Shown here: one piece after another, positions 48,401 through 64,000 of the stretch | Numbering within the stretch: the first letter of the stretch is position 1 | Layout of the letters: the number at the start of each line of letters is the position of its first letter | Origin: Oopsacas minuta | Lineage: Eukaryota > Animalia > Porifera | Length of the DNA stretch: 64,000 bases | Direction of reading: 5' to 3' | Assembly: GCA_024704765.1 (NCBI GenBank) | Contig: JAKMXF010000299.1 | Coordinates: 558,001 to 622,000, forward strand | The notes under the pieces: model-generated | Databases searched by the model: none | What the model was told of the DNA's origin: nothing | The model's input: the letters and a program-made list of their open reading frames with translations, nothing else | Position numbers and translations under genes: made by a program

Positions 48401-50266
48401 GTCTATTCAAGTTTTTCTCCAATTATTCTACTTGCCAAATTGACATCTACTATAGCATTTCGATGGCCCTGTTTAGTATCCAGAAATATTTAATTTATTT
48501 CATTTTACAGCTTTATATGACTATAAATTATGTGTAATAATTTGATATATACTGATTTAGGGTTTAATATATATTTATTTTTGTAGTTGACATAATATAT
48601 CACATTCCTATACAACATACCCGAATCATAATATTATGCTTCAAACAAGATTTGGATACAATTCTTCAATAACTAATCCGTTGCTTAGTTACAGTATTCG
48701 TTATCGAAACAAGATACTATTATGAATATCCTATATAGTCCTGAATTATAAGAAACAAAATAAAATTGAATATTTTTGGAAATTAAATATGACGTCATAA
48801 TTTTTAAATACTAACTCATTCTCAAAATCTGACATTCCAAAAAATTGCCTTTAGTTAAAACCTCAGGCGAAAATGATGAGAATTGTTGAAGTTATAGCCT
48901 ACTGGAAATTTTTACCCAAAATAACCCACTGTGCAAATTGATGTATTTTATTCCATTTTATAATTGACCAATCAAGTTATACTTATTATTACCAAAATAT
49001 GACAACATACTTGCTATGGAATGTGATTGAAAGTGTAATACTACAGTTGATTCATAATTTATTGTAATTAATACACAATAACTAAATTTGAACTGATCCA
49101 TTGGAATCCTTAACTCGCTCTCCTAGAAACACCTGATATAAACACAACGGGGGAAATGTTTGGAGGAAGAAGCTTCACCCATTATTGGGGTGGAATAGTC
49201 CAGTTCCCGAATTTGAGATAATCCATACATGGTACATTGATTGTAGTTTGCAGTACTATAGATTAAGTCCTATGGTTGGGTATGAAGGACAATTGTGTAT
49301 TCGAGTCGATCAAAATATTATCACATATCAGGCCCGACGGCAAGGATTTTGAAGTGTTCCGGTTAAACTTAGTACCATTACAAAGTGGTCCAGTTGAATC
49401 TCACTTCTCATAGAAACAGTATTAGCAGCCCCATCAAGTGGCCGGTTAAAAAGCGCCAGCCCTGCATATGTTATATAATTAAGGCGCAGGGAAATTTCCG
49501 CAACTGAAGGCATAAGACGGCACGTGCCCGAGCCATACAGGCCGGAGTCTAAAATATTGTGCCGCACCCTAAAAAGATACTAACTACCCCTCTGCCCAGT
49601 CGTCCTGGCCCCACTAACTATTTATACTCTTATAACCGGAATAAAGTAATCAGAAAAGTATTAGAACAGTTTTCCATAGCATAGAGGTTATACCCTACAT
49701 GTTCTTATAACAGGCATCCACATACTAGTTGCAACTTTTGTAAAAATCAATTCTTCAGATTTCTATAAGATCAGTTGAATTTAGCTAGTTTTTGGAATGA
49801 AATGATGGAATATAGTTTATCTACCCAGCATAATGGCGTAATAATAATTTCGTTATGAATCATTGTAATTAATAATAACTTCCTCGGAAAAAATTTTGAA
49901 GGTAAAATTAGAAAACGACCGAGAGGTTTTAGTCCCAGTCCCGGTCTTGGTGAATATTGATGTTTCCCTGGGAATCCTAACCGGGAATGGACAACTAAAA
50001 GTTGTTAATTGAATTATTGAAGATTTGTAAAAATTCTAAAAATAGACTTTCATTTAAGTATTGTAGGTACTCCGCACAGTATTTATGAAATGGAAGGTGA
50101 TATTAATATCAAATTTTTCTTTCAAGTAGAAGTAAATCCTATATAACTAACACCTATTTTACACTCGCTGACCCCTGCCATTTTTTTGGGGTCAAGGAAA
50201 CTAGGTGAAGATGACTGACCTATAGTTATTATTTTATAATTTGCATATATCTTTTTAGAAGAAACA

Positions 50267-52271
50267 TTTCTATTTTCTCATTTACAGAAATACAACTTAC
50301 CTCTGATACAGCTGATAAAATTCATGTTTGAGTGTGTTATACTTTTAATCTTGCTGTATTATGGATTATCTTTTTATTTTTGGTTATTCACACCCAAACC
50401 AACACCTACACCCAAACCAACACCTACACCAATACCCACACCTAAAGAAAAGACAAATCTAGTGAGTAGGTTTGTTAGAATATCGGATTCTTCTGAAAGT
50501 ACAGACTTATCTCATTATAAAGGTATGAGTGTATATTAGCCATTTATCCTATCTAATTCAATTGAGCCTTCTCGAAGGCTTATGAATTTAGCTAATTAAT
50601 GAAGTATAATGAGTTTTAACACATTTTTACTGAGTTTTTGCAAGTATTGCCGTTGCATAATATATATATTTTGGATCCTGGATTGATTGAATACCTCAAT
50701 ATTCGCAAAGAATATTGCGCAGTCATCAATAATACCACATATGGTCATTTTCAAGATTACGTCATAATTGTCAGAAATATAATATCAAAATATATTATTA
50801 GGGTATGGGAAGTCGGGTATATATTATATGTGTGTAAGTTGGTTTGGCTGTAACATTGAAGGATGTCAAGTTATGGATGAATATTGGCCCAAATATACCA
50901 CCCAATGGTCACTACTATAACTCTGAAACTCGCTAACTTTATCATGAAAATTTTTGATATTTTGTGTCGCAGCAATCGTTAGATCCCATGGTATCATTTT
51001 TGAAACAATAAATTTACTAATTAACTCATTATAGCATTTTTTGACATAATTTCCAACTAAGCAAGCAGATGAAGTCATTTCGGTCAGGAAATACTTTGTA
51101 TATATAGAATTTGTTTATTGTCAAATATCAATAATACATTTATTCGGGTCACAATGTACCATTTTAATTTATGTATTCAATCAATCAAGGGTCCAAATTT
51201 TTCTGTGACCACCATTGCCTTGGTGTATACCTAGAGGCTTGCTCTCATAGATATATAGGGGTAATCAACTACACTGGATCCCATTTTCGCATTATCAAGA
51301 TACTCATACGTTGTAAATTTATTGTTGTTTTTACGGATATAAAGTAAATAAATAGTTGAAATCTTAAAATATTCGCACATAGAGACTTGCTCTTAACGGT
51401 TATAGATGGGTATCATGAGAAAGTGGATTAAACACTGATTTATGAGAGCCTGGTGTCCCAGGCTCTATCACACATTGCCTATTAATATGTATATTAGTTA
51501 TCTGTATAGAATATAAGTCATTAGACTAGTATAGTCTGCCACCGGATATTGTATTAGCCCTCTTTTACTTAACTCACTACGATCTTGCATTCCCCTCTGC
51601 CACTGTAAGGCGCTTCAATTTTGAATTTGAGCCGGATGCGGCAGGCCATGTTGTCATTATACTTATTCAAATATGCGTATTCGTTGTTATTATTTCACAG
51701 GGAATATTCGTTTTATTTTAGGATCAAAGCGACCCAACCTTGAGCTGACTCAGATCCATGAGAACAGATATTCTGCAGTTGGATACGGCGGGAGGTAAAT
51801 GAATGGGATAGTTATCTTGAGCAGCTGCGAATAATATACAAACTAACCCCAGATGTGATAGCGTTGCTAAAACTCGCAAGGTTTCGAGATCATATTAATC
51901 CTGCTGCTACCAACTCTTTCAACTTGGATGAATCTTCCGGAGATACTGAGTATTTCCGAGTTTATTTGGAACACAAAAATGGAAAAATAAATTTTGCTTT
52001 CGCTGGAAATCGTGTGAATTTTCAAATTGCACCTGTAAGAGAAGTTTTGAAACACACAACCACAATCTTGTGGGTATTTTCTTGGACCAACGAAAGAGTA
52101 GACATTCAACCAAAGTATATAACAATGGATGAGAAGGAAGAATTGGAGCAGTATTTTACAGGAAGGGCTGTTGAATATTTCGTGTCTGAAAATGGTAAAG
52201 CAGCACTAGATTATGAAAAAGAATACAATTCAAGAGGGAAATCTGATAATTGGTATCCAACTCTCAAATAA
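50267..52271 (+). pseudogene. Pseudogene copy R of the type II membrane protein
   Basis: Exon 1 (50267-50522) has ATG changed to TTT and an expanded TPKPTPTP stalk. Exon 2 (51722-52271) has a 1-nt deletion (GGC GTG GAG to GGC GGG AG), giving TAA at 51796-51798, and TAC changed to TAA six codons before the normal stop. Confidence 0.8.
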
Positions 52272-54216
52272 ATTCAGGAACTGACGTAGATATTTTATAT
52301 ATTATCGAATTGTATATTTGTTTGACATCGAATGTCAATTCGATGTCAATCTTTGAAGAAATGAACAATTGATGTATAAATCTATGGTACAAATATTTAA
52401 ACTCAATTATTGGGTAGGTGGGCGTTTTTGTTTGTTCACTTTGTATTATAATGATAGTGGAAGATGATTTGCGTATATAATATAGGGAATAACATATCCT
52501 TCTATTGAGGATATAGGAAAAGTACACAATTACATTGGGGGGTAATCGAGTATGCTGATTCTAATTTTCATACTTTCTAATCATATATGTAAATATATTT
52601 GCTGTTTTTATGAATAGTAAGTAAACAAATAGTTGAAATCTCGAAATATGCTTAGAGACTTGCTATTTAGGCTAGAGATGGATAAAGGACGATGAATCCG
52701 AGTTTCGCATATGCAAGTTTCTCTTATGTAAATTCTTTACTGTTTTTACGAATATAAAGTAAACAAATTGTTGAAGTATATATATTTATTAATTCAATTT
52801 TGCAATTTTATACTTTGGTAAATTCGAGGCACGAAGTGCGGAGTCTCATGCGAACACAAAGTGTTCGCAAGCCGCACAACGCGAGCAAGCGAAGCAACTC
52901 GTTTCTAATATGAGACAATTACCATTGTGTCGTTTGGACAATATTCTTCATTCTTACTGATATTTACTATGGTATCCGATTTAAGTTTGCATAGATACGA
53001 GAGACTATATAACTAGTTGACTACTGTAGATGTTGTTGAATGTTGATTGCCATCAAGGTGTTCATCAAATTTTAGATTTAATTTGATCCTCAAAATTTGT
53101 ATATGCGATTCGCCGCTTTCTATTTGCTTTTTATTATACCAATGTATACAAATTTATCATCTATAGTCACCAAAGAAATCTGCACGATTTTAGTTTGTTC
53201 TAACAAAAATAAGAAGTATAAATATTAAATATATTAGAAAGGGAACGATTCATTTTAATAAAATGATCAACAGATACAAGCGGATAATCTAACATTTGGC
53301 TGCCAACACTTTGGACGATTTGGGTATAAAGAATAATCATCAGAATTGATGAGGTGTCTAAGGTAATCAAATATTGATTACTTCGCTTAAAATCGTATGT
53401 GGACCATTTATCCCAAAGTAAAATGATTTTGGTACAAATGTTCCCCTTGATTACGGAGCGTTTAAGCCTCAGTATAAGTAATATATTAAAATTACAAAAT
53501 GTGCCCACAACATGGTAAATGTATTTATTAATGGGGCACTAGGCTAGTAATCAAACACAATCTTGGAAACATCCATGTGATAACGTGCCTCCTCATGTAG
53601 TTAGTTACCAACGATGATAATACTGATGAAATGCATATAGCAATGCCCTAAGGATGGCCAACATGGTGTCGATTCCAAAATACATGCATAAGATGGAGAA
53701 TATACCAACCCACCATCCAAATTCATAATTACACAAGCCAATGCCGTGTCATCAACGAAGTTTCCAAAGACTTTGGGTTTTAAATGTAAAGGAAGAGTAA
53801 ATATCTAATCATGACATGAAGTAATTCACATTCCAACAATACATATGCATCGTGATGGAATCCGAAGGTCCACTTGCAGTGATTAAATACAATTATAGTT
53901 TCAATGATATACAAAAGTTTTCTATGCACTTAGAGTTCTCAAAACCCCTAATATATGAGACAAATTTAACAAATGGACTAGAGGCATACCATCGAAAGTG
54001 GTGAATTATTTCCAAACAAATGAAAGGTTTCTACTGCGTAGCAAGAGAACATCTAATCTAATTACGAAACACGGATTGACTATTCCTTCGGAGTTCGGAT
54101 GCTATTCCACTGCACCTAGCTTACCCGATTATGAATAGTCTGAAGAATAAGTAACAAGTCGTATCTTTACAACCCGCTAACACCATAAAACCACACAACC
54201 ACAATCCTGTCACAGT

Positions 54217-54363
54217 TATTGTGGCTATTGTTCTATATGTGGTGGAAGTGAACAAAAGGGTATTGTGGGATTATGGGTTAGATTATGCATACATGAAGAT
54301 GAAATTGATTTGATTCAGTGTATTAGATGTATGTCTTGGTCCCATATTACTTGCGTGGCCTAA
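54217..54363 (+). pseudogene. Cys/His-rich PHD-like coding relic (mirror copy ~38020-38165, minus), possibly a transposase C-terminus
   Basis: YCGYCSICGG...DLIQCIRCMSWSHITCVA*. A TNLTNGLEAYHRKW peptide near 53960-54002 resembles the MULE TNN.LE.H motif. Many stops surround both. Confidence 0.35.
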
Positions 54364-54967
54364 GAATTACTTTAGCACCTATCTTGTATAATTTCTATGG
54401 ACTGGATTTTTATAACAAGAGGGTCGCTATATTTCTCCAACCCTTTAATTTCGTGCATTACAGTTCACTCTTTAGCTTGTAGTGAAGAGATTCACTTTGA
54501 ATTTGAGCAAGCCCGGCGCTCTTGAGTGTTGCCCGGATGCTTAGCTACTTCTTTTGTTTGTTTAATTTCCCTGAGGTTCGAGTTATCGTATGTTGACGGT
54601 AACTGATAAGTATGCAATCAGATGACATCATTCGGCCTAGAATAATTTGTAGATATAGACTGTGTTGTCAAATATCAATATAGTCGACCACCGTTAATTC
54701 GAACTTTCCGCACTTTGCCAACATTTGTACTAGACTATATCTGCATTTATCTCCAATGAATTACAGATACTACTTAATTATATATTAATTTACTTTCGTT
54801 ACATTTATATTCCTAAAAACAACAATAAATTTACATATGATTAATCCAAAAGTGTGAAAATCGGATTCAGCATGTTCGATATATTTAGTGAAGTTTTATT
54901 GAATTCAATTTACTTCCTTGATAAACACAATAAATACATAGTTATGAGACAATTTCAAAATTGGATA

Positions 54968-55203
54968 CCGTAAACTGGGGCTACTTTGGCCCACTGGGTT
55001 TGCTTTAGCCCAAATATCAAAGTTTCAAAGAAACTAGATTAGATTCAGTATTATACTTGAAAATGACTTGCCAAAATTTTAACGAATTTTCAAATATCGG
55101 TAGACAATTTCGAAAACAAATACAATATTTATTCGACACGTACGCAAATTTCAATATTTGGGCTAAAGGAAAGCCAGTGGGTCAAAATAGCCCCAGTTTA
55201 CGG
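54968..55203. mobile_element. pogo/Tc1-type MITE (236 bp) nested in a family A element
   Basis: TA|CCGTAAACTGGGGCTACTTTGGCCCACTGG ... CCAGTGGGTCAAAATAGCCCCAGTTTACGG|TA. Removing it restores ggata-cc(g/t)taaatcctttcc, as in the uninterrupted copies. Confidence 0.85.
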
Positions 55204-55401
55204 TACCTTAAATCCTTTCCTTGGCAACGGACAGACAAAGAGACAGACAACAATTTCAATTTATTGCCTGAATACTAAAGTTGTAAAAATAAATGATGTA
55301 TTTTTACTTTTAGAAAGCGGCGTTGTGTGGGCAATTACTTCTTATTATCTTATACAAAAAGGAAGTTATAAATTCTAGGTGACTTTATAACAACAACTAA
55401 C

Positions 55402-55488
55402 CTGGGGTCCTACCTATCTCCTGTGGACCCCCTACAATTATTATACTGCTTAGTGTAAGGGGTCCACAGGAGATAGGTAGGATCCCAG
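55402..55488. repeat. 30-bp-stem hairpin / minimal foldback element
   Basis: ctggggtcctacctatctcctgtggacccc ... ggggtccacaggagataggtaggatcccag, one mismatch, loop of about 27 nt. Confidence 0.85.
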
Positions 55489-56302
55489 CTTTGTTTTTGT
55501 TTCGAAAAACTGCTCATAGTATACAGTTTCACACAGGTTCAATGCTGCCCAGGGTTCGAATTTCATGTGTCGAGGAATGTTACCATTTTTCTAGAATGAA
55601 TTACAGCACGGCTGTAATTATCTCGCATTGAAACACGGGCATGATTATTTTGGTAGGTAATGTCAGGTAATCAGTAGATATAGATTTTCACACTTATTTC
55701 ACTTATCCATAGTGTTCTAAAGTATGTTAGTGTTCCTGGTCAGAGAGTTATTGTCCTGGCATTATGTGGATTCCCTTTTCTTGTCTATTCAAATAACTAT
55801 TTTGAATAAATACTGATTCCTTCAGTCTGATTGTCCTACTCAGTGCATTCATTGCTTCAAATTTAGCATTTTCGTGGCTTTTCAGATTAATGTATGATTT
55901 CTGAATCCGTTTCTAATTAGCTGCATAAAAATTAATATTTATACATTTCACCATTGTGAGAAAATCTCCTTTTCCCTTTCCTAGTTGGTTGCTTCGTGAA
56001 TTCAATACTTACATTTCCGTTTATTTCTACTGGTTTTTCTATTCATTGCAGTAACGTTTTAGCATTTCAAAATTTAATTTCCACTACAACTGTTCTATCA
56101 ACCTATGCATACTAATGTTCTATCATTTCGTTTAGATAAACAATTTGTAATATCAAGTTACGGACTCGATACTACGATCTGTTCAATAGTTAGTAATTGT
56201 TAGAATTGAGAGCTGTGAATATATTATATGCTAACAATATCTTGCTCATCATCTCAGTCTAGCTGTAATTAATTTATTACAATAATTACATCAATTGGTC
56301 AA

Positions 56303-64000
<7,698 letters not shown>

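Larger units (their letters stand above)
50206..54707 (+). repeat. Right arm of large imperfect inverted duplication (partner 37670-42857)
   Basis: Reverse complement of the left arm, with an extra internal duplication near 52580-52740 and a shorter intron. Confidence 0.93.

Noticed and set aside
49328-49610. GC-rich patch with a 79-aa ORF
   Set aside because: Looks like a decayed non-autonomous DNA element, but I could not define TIRs or a TSD, and the ORF has no recognisable features.
55553-55564. tRNA B-box-like GGTTCGAATTTC
   Set aside because: No A-box at a suitable distance and no cloverleaf.

Overview
AT-rich, intron-containing eukaryotic DNA, most likely from an early-branching animal such as a sponge. 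This is inferred from the short GT-AG introns, an MATA-start NHL-repeat gene family and a RING-less RNF213; it is not proven. I found no rRNA, tRNA or CRISPR array. Bases 767-23149 hold a 23-exon RNF213/mysterin-like AAA+ ATPase/E3 gene of about 5,100 aa. Its first exon is split by a one-base frameshift at a TAATG stop/start overlap, it has no RING, and its RZ finger has Tyr where the catalytic His sits. Next come an IFI6/IFI27 (ISG12)-like membrane protein, two decayed NHL-repeat genes, an intronless AIFM3-like Rieske flavoprotein and a pepsin-family aspartic protease flanked by a ~245-bp inverted repeat. Bases ~37670-54707 form a 17-kb imperfect palindrome carrying head-to-head copies of an unrecognised two-exon type II membrane protein gene: one intact 262-aa copy, one pseudogene and one orphan first exon. 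The spacer contains a Transib/RAG1-like transposase relic, a G-quadruplex-type minisatellite and many Helitron-like repeats and MITEs. The 5' half of a non-muscle myosin II heavy chain gene starts at 56303 and runs off the window. All calls come from reading the sequence by eye; no searches were run.
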